Positions 1-8,484 of a DNA stretch of 61,987 bases are shown piece by piece. The stretch comes from Eubacteriales bacterium (GTDB lineage Bacteria > Bacillota > Clostridia > Oscillospirales > CAG-272). The stretch is taken from positions 1 through 61,987 of the forward strand of contig JAZSIK010000054.1 of NCBI GenBank assembly GCA_045533775.1, read 5' to 3'. The notes below the pieces were generated by a model, which did not search any database, was not told where the DNA came from, and saw only the letters and a list, made by a program, of their open reading frames with translations. How positions within the stretch are numbered: the first letter of the stretch is position 1; the number at the start of each line of letters is the position of its first letter. The position numbers and the translations under genes are program-made.

Positions 1-65
1 GAATAATATTCCTGCAAATCTGCACGCATCCTTACGTGCAAGTGGGTTCGGTTTTGTGCGGAGCA

Positions 66-109
66 CAAAAAAAGAGACAGACACCCTTTTGTGGTGTCTG
101 TCTCTTTTC
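66..109. terminator. Bidirectional rho-independent terminator-like hairpin
   Basis: Perfect 13-bp stem agagacagacacc (73-85) / ggtgtctgtctct (93-105) with a 7-nt loop. A-run upstream and T-run downstream. Confidence 0.7.
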
Positions 110-273
110 TTGGTGAGCCATGCTATTACAATATCAAACTACGGGAATTTCGCTGGGGCGAATATTTGCTCGCTCTTCGCCTGGCAAACAAGCTTGCCGA
201 TCTCCGAGCGGCAAATGCGAACCCATGCACCGTCGCGCTCTGCGCTAGGTGCCGGGTTTGATGAGCGTACGGG

Positions 274-1797
274 TCAACCAACGACAGAAAAAAGAAAAAG
301 CAGGACTTCTGTCCTGCTTTCTGTCGTTGGTGAAGCAAAGGCTTCAGTATCCGAAATTTTCTCTACCTCGTCGAGCTCGTCGGTTGTGGGAACGGTTATA
401 GGCTCGTTTTTGTAGTTTAAGGTGATTACAAGCTTGTCGTCGTAAAGTAGCACGCATTTGACTAAACTGTCTATCAAGCGCTCTCGATTTCGCTCTAATG
501 TCAAGTCTAGTTTACGAAATTTGTCTACAACGAATATAATCTGCTCTTTCGTGAGCTTGGGAGTACTTGTCTGTTCTTTCAAAATATTAAGCTCGATTTG
601 CTCTTCCTGAGCTTCAAGCTCCTCAAGCTTTGCCTTAGTTGAACGAGTGATAATTCCTGCCTCGATAGCCTTCATTACGTTGTCAATAGACTTTCTAATT
701 TCTTTGAGCTGAGCCTCAAGAAGCGGTATAACCTTATTGTCCTCGTCAAGCAGGGCGACTATTTTGTCAGCAATCTTATCAAGAGCTTCGTCGTCAAATA
801 AAACCTTAATAACCTTATTAAGCACAAGCTCCTCAATCCATTCCTTGCGAACGGCTTTCTTGTCGCACTCGTGCCTCTTTGCACTGGCGCATTTGTAGTA
901 GCGGTAGATATTGCCGTTTTTCTTTTGTGCAGAGTCGGCAACCATCATCGTGTGGCATTTCCCGCAGAAAAGCTTTGTAGTCAGTATGTACTTCTCCTTC
1001 GCCTTATTCTTGGCGGCGGCTCTCTTGTTTTTAGCCATTCTCTGCTGTACTACCTCAAAGGTCTCGGCAGACACTATGGCAGGTACACCGCCCGGGATCT
1101 CAATGCCGTTATAGTGATACACGCCCATATATGATTTATTGGTAAACATTCTATTGAGCGTGCCGTTATTAAACTCTGCGCCCTTCTGCGTTTTAAGACC
1201 TCTTGCGTTAAGGCTACGGACTATGTCTATAATGGATTCACCGTGAGCGTAACGCTCGAATATTTCAGCCACTATGGGAGCTTTTAAGGGGTCAATCTGG
1301 AAGTGCTTCTCCTCGTCAACGGTATAACCGTATAGAAGACCATTGCCACCGTTAAAGCGGCATTTCAAAGCGTTCTCGGTCATGCCTCTCGTTACCTTTT
1401 CTGCAAGGTCAGCTGAATAGTATTCTGCCATGCCTTCAAGCACCGACTCGAGAATTATGCCCTCCGCACCTTCCGAGATAGCCTCGGTCGCCGAAACAAC
1501 GCGAACGTCATTTTTCTTCAAGGCAGCCTTGTATTTCGCACTGTCGTAGCGGTTACGAGAAAAACGGTCAAGCTTCCAAACTATGACTACGTCAAAGGTC
1601 TTCTTCGCGCTGTCGCGTATCATGCGCTGGAACTCGGGACGGTTGTCGGTTTTTGCGGAATATGCCCTATCTATGTAGTGCCCAACTATCGTGATGCCGT
1701 TCTTCTCGGCAAAAGCAGTATTCTCACGAATCTGCCCCTCAATCGACTCCTCTCGCTGATTGTCCGAGGAATACCGAGCGTAAATTACACCTGTCAT
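274..1797 (-). CDS. Large serine recombinase (integrase/excisionase type)
   Basis: 507 aa. N-terminal resolvase motifs VIYARYSSDNQ, SIEGQ and WKLDRFSRN. Central recombinase domain, Cys-rich zinc ribbon (CGKC...YYKC...HEC) and C-terminal coiled coil. Confidence 0.93.
   Translation of the reverse strand: MTGVIYARYSSDNQREESIEGQIRENTAFAEKNGITIVGHYIDRAYSAKTDNRPEFQRMIRDSAKKTFDVVIVWKLDRFSRNRYDSAKYKAALKKNDVRVVSATEAISEGAEGIILESVLEGMAEYYSADLAEKVTRGMTENALKCRFNGGNGLLYGYTVDEEKHFQIDPLKAPIVAEIFERYAHGESIIDIVRSLNARGLKTQKGAEFNNGTLNRMFTNKSYMGVYHYNGIEIPGGVPAIVSAETFEVVQQRMAKNKRAAAKNKAKEKYILTTKLFCGKCHTMMVADSAQKKNGNIYRYYKCASAKRHECDKKAVRKEWIEELVLNKVIKVLFDDEALDKIADKIVALLDEDNKVIPLLEAQLKEIRKSIDNVMKAIEAGIITRSTKAKLEELEAQEEQIELNILKEQTSTPKLTKEQIIFVVDKFRKLDLTLERNRERLIDSLVKCVLLYDDKLVITLNYKNEPITVPTTDELDEVEKISDTEAFASPTTESRTEVLLFLFSVVG
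281..327 (-). terminator. Rho-independent terminator lying inside the last codons of the recombinase ORF
   Basis: On the minus strand: aaagcaggac-agaa-gtcctgcttt followed by ttctttttt. An outer stem acgacag/ctgtcgt encloses it. The ORF stop (274-276) lies beyond the T-run. Confidence 0.6.
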
Positions 1798-2105
1798 ATC
1801 CTAATCTCCTTCCCTAAAATTTGTGGTTTGATTGTAGCATAAACTTTCCCGGTTTTCAAGTCTTTTTAACGACTTATTTTCCCAAAACACCTCGTTTTCA
1901 GCAAGGTGTGCACGTCTGGGTACATCTCGGAGTGAAAATTTAGCAAAGAACAAAATTTGAGCCGCTGAAAACAAAGAGAAACTCATAAAAATGTTTTGTT
2001 TGCAAAAATTCACGACTTTGCGAGTTAGACGAAATATGATGTCTTCAAATATGTGTCTAACTTAATTGTAAAATTTGTGCTATTCATATTAAAAAACAAT
2101 TTTAA

Positions 2106-2137
2106 AACCGATGCTCTGTAAAATTAGAGCATCGGTT
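2106..2137 (-). terminator. Hairpin terminator of the 2142-3140 gene
   Basis: 12-bp perfect stem aaccgatgctct (2106-2117) / agagcatcggtt (2126-2137). T-rich on the minus strand downstream. Confidence 0.65.
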
Positions 2138-2141
2138 GTGC

Positions 2142-3140
2142 TTATATATCTTTAAGCTCGCGGAAACGGGTAAGGACTTTTTCACAGTGAGTTTTTTCTT
2201 TCTCGGACTTAACTTCGATAATTTGGTTCAGAATCTTTACGCAAACGTCATTACTGAGATAGCGATAGAGACCTGTACCCCACTGGGTGCTATCGGGATT
2301 GTTTGCGTTATGGTAATAGTCCCAGAAGTTCAGCTGTTTAGCTTCCTCGGGCGTGAGCTCTATCGTGTATTCGGGGTCGGCCTTGACATATCCTGCAGCA
2401 AGAGCGTCGCCTTCATCAACAACTCCGGTAATAAAGACTCCGAAGATAACACGCTCTGTAGTGTTCGGGAAAACAGTTGTCAAAACAGCAAGACCATTCT
2501 GCTTTGCGCTTGTTATACGTCGAGCTTTATGTACTCCGTTTTCATCGAGATTATCACCGGCCTCTGCTTTCCATTCGGTAAGCATTCTTGATTCGTAGCA
2601 AACGAAGTTCTTCTTATGTATAGCGAGGAGCTCATCATAGGTAATTTCGCCTCTATAATAGCGACCACAGGGAGAACCTTCGTTTGAGCACCAGGCTCTT
2701 TTTTCCTTCTCGATGTTATATTTAATCTGCTCGGGAGAGCAAACACCTTTGAAGCCAATGCAAGATTCGGAGCAACCGCCGTCGCAGAAGTTTGCCTTGA
2801 ATGCGAGATTTCCTTCTTCCTTGTGCTTAAGCTCTGCCGACGAAAGCTTATGCTTTTTGTTTTCTTCGGCCAGAGTGCGCTGATAACGAAGGTGAATTTC
2901 CGCGGCCTTAGCCTCAGCTTTTTTACGCTCTTCTTCAGCCTTTTTTGCAATGGATTCATTAGCCAAGATTTCAACGTCCTTCTGCATAGCCTCGTCTGCA
3001 AATGTCAAGAACTGAGCGAAAATATCAGGGTAGCGGAAGTTAGTTGTTTTGGTGGAGAATTCGACTGTGGCAATATTGTTCTCGAACTTTACGATAGTTC
3101 CTTCTCCAAGGGTTTTGTGGATGACTTTTTTGTTAAGCAT
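2142..3140 (-). CDS. Hypothetical protein with an N-terminal UvrD/PcrA-C-terminal-like (Tudor-like) motif
   Basis: 332 aa. HKTLGEGTIVKFENNIATVEF resembles the UvrD C-terminal HAKFGEGTIV...VAF. Lys/Glu-rich coiled coil, Cys-rich middle, unknown C-terminal half. Confidence 0.5.
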   Translation of the reverse strand: MLNKKVIHKTLGEGTIVKFENNIATVEFSTKTTNFRYPDIFAQFLTFADEAMQKDVEILANESIAKKAEEERKKAEAKAAEIHLRYQRTLAEENKKHKLSSAELKHKEEGNLAFKANFCDGGCSESCIGFKGVCSPEQIKYNIEKEKRAWCSNEGSPCGRYYRGEITYDELLAIHKKNFVCYESRMLTEWKAEAGDNLDENGVHKARRITSAKQNGLAVLTTVFPNTTERVIFGVFITGVVDEGDALAAGYVKADPEYTIELTPEEAKQLNFWDYYHNANNPDSTQWGTGLYRYLSNDVCVKILNQIIEVKSEKEKTHCEKVLTRFRELKDI

Positions 3141-3374
3141 AGCTGTTTCTCCTTGTCATATTAAAATAATTATATCATAAACAAATAAAAAAAGCAAGCG
3201 CGCAAGAATGGGCGCAGATGATGGGCGCATAGCGTATTAACTCTTACAAACACATTATAACATATAGAGTTTGACAAAATCGTCACATACCAACAGCGCA
3301 AAAATTAGCGAATATAGTTGATAAAACGGATTTGGTATGATATAATAAATAAAAAATTCGAAGGAGTATTTGAT

Positions 3375-3860
3375 ATGTTTAGAGATTCTTCCAGAAATTT
3401 GCTTAATCAGAATATAACGGTAGACCAGGCAAATGAGGTTAAGGCGGCCTTTGATTCAGGTGTAGCCATGTGCTTTAAGGTAAACAAAGAGCTTGGTGCA
3501 GGTCCAAGAATTAAAATGGTATCTGACCTACTCGAAAACCACCTTGACGTGATGCTTGTAAAATGTGATTTGTTTATTGATAGTGCTGATCCGAAGGCAT
3601 TTAGTGATATGATATTACTGGTAAAGAAGGAAACAGAAAACGAATCCTTCAACAAAATGGTTGACGAGATTATTATTCCTTCAGGTATTGTAAGCGAGGC
3701 CGTTTTTGTTGGCAAAACCAACGAAAAAAATGTTAAAAAGGCCGTAAAGCGTGAATTTGCCAACGATAAGCCTTGTATTGTGAAGAGAGCAAATCTTCTT
3801 GTTGACGGAGATAAGCTTGTGTTAACGATAAGAAGCTATTCTCCAAAGAAGGATAAATAA
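3375..3860 (+). CDS. Hypothetical protein
   Basis: SD aaggag 8 nt upstream of ATG 3375; the longer frame from 3318 is judged unlikely. The stop lies 1 nt before the next start. No recognisable domain. Confidence 0.55.
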   Translation: MFRDSSRNLLNQNITVDQANEVKAAFDSGVAMCFKVNKELGAGPRIKMVSDLLENHLDVMLVKCDLFIDSADPKAFSDMILLVKKETENESFNKMVDEIIIPSGIVSEAVFVGKTNEKNVKKAVKREFANDKPCIVKRANLLVDGDKLVLTIRSYSPKKDK

Positions 3861-3861
3861 A

Positions 3862-4593
3862 ATGGATTTTGAATCTTTAAAGAAAAAATTTACGGAAGAT
3901 TATAGTTTTGATTTAGATAAAATAATTGACGATGCATACCTAGATATGCAGGTAAGAACTATCAAAGGTCATAATTCTTCTATAAAAGAAAAATGCTTTA
4001 ACTATCTAAAGAAAGAATTTGAAAAAATACTCAAAGATCAAAGTTGCCTAGAAAATTTTGACGATACCCACAAAAAACTTTGCGAAGGATTTTTAAAAAC
4101 ATTAAACGATAAAGCAAATAATATCGAAGATCAGCAATACGGAAAAGCCCAGAAGGTGATAAACATTACATTTAAATTCTTGGTAGCACACGGCAAGCTT
4201 GATCCCAAATACGCAGAAAAGTGCCATATGCCAATTGATAGCTTCGTTTTGAACTGGCTTTATGGCTCTGACAAATATAACAACGAACGTGCTTGGAGCT
4301 ATATTACCCAAAAGGATTACGAAGAAATACAGGCTAAAATAGATGAAACAATAAATGAAGAATTCAAAATATGTGGTATACCTATAAAGGTTAACAACAG
4401 AATTGAGGCCGATTTTTACGTTTGGTACATAACGAAAACACAGCGAAGCTACAATAATACTCTGAATGCGATAAAATATCTTTCAAAGCAAATTAACGAC
4501 TTCGACTCAGAATGCATTGATAAAAAGGTAATAAATAACTTAATAAACGAAACAACAGAATTAAGCAAAAAACTCAACAAGATAAAAACATAA
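3862..4593 (+). CDS. Hypothetical protein (243 aa), translationally coupled to the 3375 ORF
   Basis: ATG 1 nt after the upstream TAA. Followed by a strong hairpin terminator. No domain recognised. Confidence 0.55.
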   Translation: MDFESLKKKFTEDYSFDLDKIIDDAYLDMQVRTIKGHNSSIKEKCFNYLKKEFEKILKDQSCLENFDDTHKKLCEGFLKTLNDKANNIEDQQYGKAQKVINITFKFLVAHGKLDPKYAEKCHMPIDSFVLNWLYGSDKYNNERAWSYITQKDYEEIQAKIDETINEEFKICGIPIKVNNRIEADFYVWYITKTQRSYNNTLNAIKYLSKQINDFDSECIDKKVINNLINETTELSKKLNKIKT

Positions 4594-4600
4594 AAAGAGA

Positions 4601-4634
4601 AAGCACATCACCGTAAAAGTGATGTGCTTTTTTG
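4601..4634. terminator. Bidirectional terminator between convergent genes
   Basis: 11-bp stem aagcacatcac / gtgatgtgctt, loop cgtaaaa, T-run after it and A-run before it. Confidence 0.8.
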
Positions 4635-4647
4635 CATAAAAATATAC

Positions 4648-5637
4648 CTACGAATTAAGTAAAACGTACCCCTCTTTTGTATGCTCTATTTTATATTCCA
4701 GTTCAATTAGATCCTTTATGGAATTACCTATCGCTTTTCTATGTATGGTCGTACCGTTAAACCTCTTTTGCACTCTCTCGATAATCTCGGATTGCTGAAG
4801 GGGGTTTTCAGCGTCTTCAAGAATTTGCAAAATCATTATCGGATATGCGCTTGTTCCAAATTTAATATTCTTAGGTGCGGTTTTTCCCTCAAGGGAGAAG
4901 CCGCCTTCTTTTTTTATTATAACGTATCCGAGATCACGGAGCAGTTTAATATGTCGATATACCGTGCGCATTGACATGGGAGCCTTCTCCCCTACACCGT
5001 ATGCATCTTCGTACTCCTCGTCATCCTTATAGTTTTCGGGATTTATATGATACCCACTCTTTAGCTCTGCGAGAATCATAATGGGATTCGAGCGTCCACC
5101 CGTACATAATTTTTTGTAAATTTTTATCGAAAGCGTGTCTTCATTATATTTATACGTTTCGTTTTCGTCCCCCGCAAGTATAAGATTTGTTTCTATGGCA
5201 GGCAAGTCACATTGCTCGAAACAACCGGTGTTCATCCAGTCATTGCCGTCACCTATGCAGGCGAAAAACTCATCCTCTTCAAAGTATTCATCGGGACTTT
5301 CATACACGTAATTGGTAGCATCATCGTCTTCATCCAAATCATCACCGAATATCATTCCTGCGGGTGCCTGTTCCTCATAATCGTTTGCATCACCCGAGGG
5401 AATGTCTGCTTCTGTATACGGAAAGTGTGGGTCGTTAAAATACTTTTCGAAAAAGTCAGCAATGGCAGTGCGATATTTCTTGCGATGACCGTTTCTTAGA
5501 TCATCGAGATACTCCGGTGCTTCGGAGTGTTTTGAGATAAGCTTTCTTGCAAACAGCTTTGCGCTGTTAAAGCTTTCGAAGCTTCTCGTTTTTTCTTCTT
5601 CCAACGTTTCGTATTCGACTATCCATATTTTTCTCAT
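4648..5637 (-). CDS. Putative transcriptional regulator with an acidic N-terminal half and two winged-helix-like segments
   Basis: ATG 5637 preceded by gagg. Winged-helix-like segments MRTVYRHIKLLRDLGYVIIKKEGGFSLEG and YPIMILQILEDAENPLQQSEIIERV. The upstream 44 codons of the track ORF were trimmed. Confidence 0.5.
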   Translation of the reverse strand: MRKIWIVEYETLEEEKTRSFESFNSAKLFARKLISKHSEAPEYLDDLRNGHRKKYRTAIADFFEKYFNDPHFPYTEADIPSGDANDYEEQAPAGMIFGDDLDEDDDATNYVYESPDEYFEEDEFFACIGDGNDWMNTGCFEQCDLPAIETNLILAGDENETYKYNEDTLSIKIYKKLCTGGRSNPIMILAELKSGYHINPENYKDDEEYEDAYGVGEKAPMSMRTVYRHIKLLRDLGYVIIKKEGGFSLEGKTAPKNIKFGTSAYPIMILQILEDAENPLQQSEIIERVQKRFNGTTIHRKAIGNSIKDLIELEYKIEHTKEGYVLLNS

Positions 5638-5931
5638 ACAGAACCTCAAAATTGTATTTTGTTTTATTATACTACAAATGAATCTGCTTTTCAAGAGAAT
5701 GTGACGTTTTTGACAAAATCCATGTGTTATAATCTTCTCGCAAATGCTCAAACACCCCAAATTACACAAAAAACATCCATCTGGCTATACCATTTTCTGT
5801 GTCAAAAACGTCACGCGTTTGTATTTGATAAAATAAAACCCCCGTGTTATACTCATTAAAAATTGATCTTTGACAACACAAATAACATCTTTATAAATCA
5901 TCACTTTATTAATTTATTGAAAGGAGAAAAA

Positions 5932-6393
5932 ATGGAAGAAAACAAATTTGGTATTGTATTTATTGGTGGAAGCGAAACGATTGGCGCACTTCCCGAAAAC
6001 GCAGTCGCCTGGCTTGACCACTTTATAGGAGCAAATGAACGTTTTATAATAGGTGACTGCTTTGGTTCGGATCTTGCTCTGCAAAATTATCTTAATTCAC
6101 GAAAATATCAAAAAGTTACAGTGTATTATTCAGGTGATCGGTGTCGGTTTAACGTTGGTGAGTGGGAAGCTGTGCGAGTTGCGTTAAAACCCGAGGAAGC
6201 TATGATAGCGGAATGTAACTGTGCGTTTCTAGTATGGGATGGCTTCTCTAAAGAAACTAAAAGCAGTATAGAAAACCTTAGACAAAATGGGTTGCCAATA
6301 TTTATATACCGAACGGATCTTGACAAGCTACGTGTAGTAAGAAGAAATTGCAAATTAAATAGTGAAAAAACTGAAAAGGAGAAAACTGTATGA
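5932..6393 (+). CDS. Small Rossmann-like protein (SLOG/DUF2493-like or nucleoside 2-deoxyribosyltransferase-like)
   Basis: SD aaggag. Motifs GIVFIGGSE, IIGDCFGSD and FLVWDGFSKETKSSIE..GLPIFIYR. The stop overlaps the next start (ATGA). Confidence 0.4.
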   Translation: MEENKFGIVFIGGSETIGALPENAVAWLDHFIGANERFIIGDCFGSDLALQNYLNSRKYQKVTVYYSGDRCRFNVGEWEAVRVALKPEEAMIAECNCAFLVWDGFSKETKSSIENLRQNGLPIFIYRTDLDKLRVVRRNCKLNSEKTEKEKTV

Positions 6394-7100
6394 ACAACAA
6401 GCTTTTTATTAAGAGAGGTGCTAAGACGGTTGGAGTATGCGCTTATCAGGATAGGACGGATATTGCTACGGTACGAATACCCGAGGGAGTAAGGTGTATC
6501 GGTAACGGTGCTTTTTGCAGATGCGCATCGCTTTGCGACGTTTCTCTTCCTAATAGCCTTAAGATGATCGGTGAGATGTCATTTGCTGCTACAAATATCA
6601 AAGACATTATAATTCCGGATAGTGTAGAGCTTATAGAAAAACGCGCGTTTGCTTTTAATCCCGAACTTCGCACGGTGTATATCGGGAAATCCGTGAAATA
6701 CATAATGCCCGGTGCATTTTCGGGCTGTGAGAAGCTTGAAAGAATAACAGTTTCTCACCAAAACGACTACTACTATGTACAAAACGGCTGTCTTATAGAT
6801 AAAGAAACAAAGAAGCTTATAGTCGCATGCTATCCTTACATTGTGCCGGATGGAGTTAAAACAATCGAAGAGCAGACGTTTATGTTTCTTCTTAACTGCG
6901 ATAGAATAACCTTCCCCACAAGCGTCGAGCACATAAATATGGAGGGTGATCCTATTAAGAATTTTGATATGTGCCGCTATGTTGAATATGACAGGCGCGG
7001 TGAGGTAATGCTCGAAAAACCGATGAAAATAAAATCACCGAAAGGCTCTTGTGCGGCAAGGTTTGCTAAAGAACAAAATATTAAATTTGAGGAGATATAA
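6390..7100 (+). CDS. BspA-type leucine-rich-repeat protein without a signal peptide
   Basis: Repeating IP.SV..IG..AF..C..L units. C-terminal KGSCAARFAKEQNIKFEEI motif shared with the 19380 and 20152 ORFs. Confidence 0.8.
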   Translation: MNNKLFIKRGAKTVGVCAYQDRTDIATVRIPEGVRCIGNGAFCRCASLCDVSLPNSLKMIGEMSFAATNIKDIIIPDSVELIEKRAFAFNPELRTVYIGKSVKYIMPGAFSGCEKLERITVSHQNDYYYVQNGCLIDKETKKLIVACYPYIVPDGVKTIEEQTFMFLLNCDRITFPTSVEHINMEGDPIKNFDMCRYVEYDRRGEVMLEKPMKIKSPKGSCAARFAKEQNIKFEEI

Positions 7101-7102
7101 AA

Positions 7103-7498
7103 ATGGAGAACCAGATTATAGTTTTTGTCGGTAGAGGTACAAGCGGATTGAAAGAAATGCTCACCGATTATATGTGCGTTCGTGAGTTTAAGCACGAAAG
7201 AAAAGCGGGTGATCCTTGCCTTTCGGAATCCGATTTTATTCTTTACTCCCTCGGTCGCAGGTATGAGGGTGGCTTTATTGATGAGATATCGGTAGGTTGC
7301 GACAACGGTGAATATGAGCCTATTGTGTTTGATGATTTTCTTAGCAGAGTCGATGAAGCGATAGATATTAAGCCTTATTTTGAAGAGCTGCTTGAGCTCG
7401 GTGTGCCCATCTTCTATTTCGCAGAGCATGAGAGCAGCGTTGAGCGCATGAGTGAAAGCGGTTTGCCGCTTGTAATTTACAGAAAGAGCAAAAGTTAA
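7103..7498 (+). CDS. Hypothetical protein, distant paralogue of the 5932 ORF
   Basis: IIVFVGRGTSG at the N terminus. ELGVPIFYF and GLPLVIYR at the C terminus echo GLPIFIYR of the 5932 ORF. Confidence 0.4.
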   Translation: MENQIIVFVGRGTSGLKEMLTDYMCVREFKHERKAGDPCLSESDFILYSLGRRYEGGFIDEISVGCDNGEYEPIVFDDFLSRVDEAIDIKPYFEELLELGVPIFYFAEHESSVERMSESGLPLVIYRKSKS

Positions 7499-7514
7499 TA
7501 AAAGGAGTAAAAGA

Positions 7515-7862
7515 ATGACAACAGCAAATAAAGAACTTGTTCTTCTTGACGTGGATGATATTGAAGAGGCGGTGGCGGCATACTTCGGAGAAGAAGTATG
7601 CCTCGGTGAAATGGAATGTATATTAACCTATTTTATTCCTATGGACGAGGGAATTCCAAAAGGCATGGTATTTGATATTTTAGTTCATGAGAAGTCGGTA
7701 GATGCCTTCGATTTATTTATGGACGATGACGATTCCTGTGCCTATATTTACAAGGATAAAGAAATCAGCTTGAATGAAGCGTTCCTTGAGCCGAAAGATA
7801 TTTTCAACTTTGACACAAAGCTTTTCAAGTCTTTCAAAATCGATACAGATTCGAGCGATTAA
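7515..7862 (+). CDS. Hypothetical acidic protein
   Basis: 115 aa, SD aaggag, Asp/Glu-rich. Confidence 0.5.
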   Translation: MTTANKELVLLDVDDIEEAVAAYFGEEVCLGEMECILTYFIPMDEGIPKGMVFDILVHEKSVDAFDLFMDDDDSCAYIYKDKEISLNEAFLEPKDIFNFDTKLFKSFKIDTDSSD

Positions 7863-7906
7863 TAAAGCTTGGGACGTTAAAATTTAATTAAGGGGTTAAG
7901 AACAAA

Positions 7907-8473
7907 ATGTTCAAATATTTTAACGCTAACCCATGCGGCAAAGTCGTCGGAGACTGTGTAATAAGAAGCATATCCGTTGCAAGCGAGACCGATTACAGAG
8001 AAGTCAGGCGCGCGCTCAACAAGCACAAAAAGCTGACGGGGGCAAATAGCTTTAATAGTAATAGAAATCCCAACAGATACGTTGAGGACGTATTGTGTGG
8101 AGAGAAAATCGTTTTCAAGAAGAAAATGATAGCTAAGGAGTTTTGTGAAAAATTTCCAAGTGGCAGTTATATTCTTGATATGGATGAGCACTGGAGCTCC
8201 GTTGTTAACGGCATAGTTTACGATACCTGGGATTGCAGTAGTGAAACTGTGAATTTTGCATACAAAATAAAAGCCGATAACTGTAAAGCTCCGGACCTAT
8301 CACGGCAAAAGCTTTGCTACTGTTGTACGAGCGAGAAGGTATCTGATACGGAAAGCTGTATTCGCATTTACGATGGGAATAGCACGTTTGTTGAACGGCA
8401 TATTCCCATAGAGCTGGTCAAGGGTTATGTACGCTGTCTTGAGGATCAGCATTATACTTACGTAGAAACATAA
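7907..8473 (+). CDS. Hypothetical protein (possible papain-like Cys/His arrangement)
   Basis: NPCGKVVGDCVIR ... DEHWSS ... YDTWD. The spacing is compatible with a Cys-His-Asp peptidase fold. Speculative. Confidence 0.3.
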   Translation: MFKYFNANPCGKVVGDCVIRSISVASETDYREVRRALNKHKKLTGANSFNSNRNPNRYVEDVLCGEKIVFKKKMIAKEFCEKFPSGSYILDMDEHWSSVVNGIVYDTWDCSSETVNFAYKIKADNCKAPDLSRQKLCYCCTSEKVSDTESCIRIYDGNSTFVERHIPIELVKGYVRCLEDQHYTYVET

Positions 8474-8484
8474 GGAGAAATATT

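Noticed and set aside
56-415. ORFs 56-415 (+) and 126-338 (-) at the left edge
   Set aside because: They cross two terminator hairpins and the recombinase 3' end, and the translations look random. The region is better explained as non-coding flank or junction.
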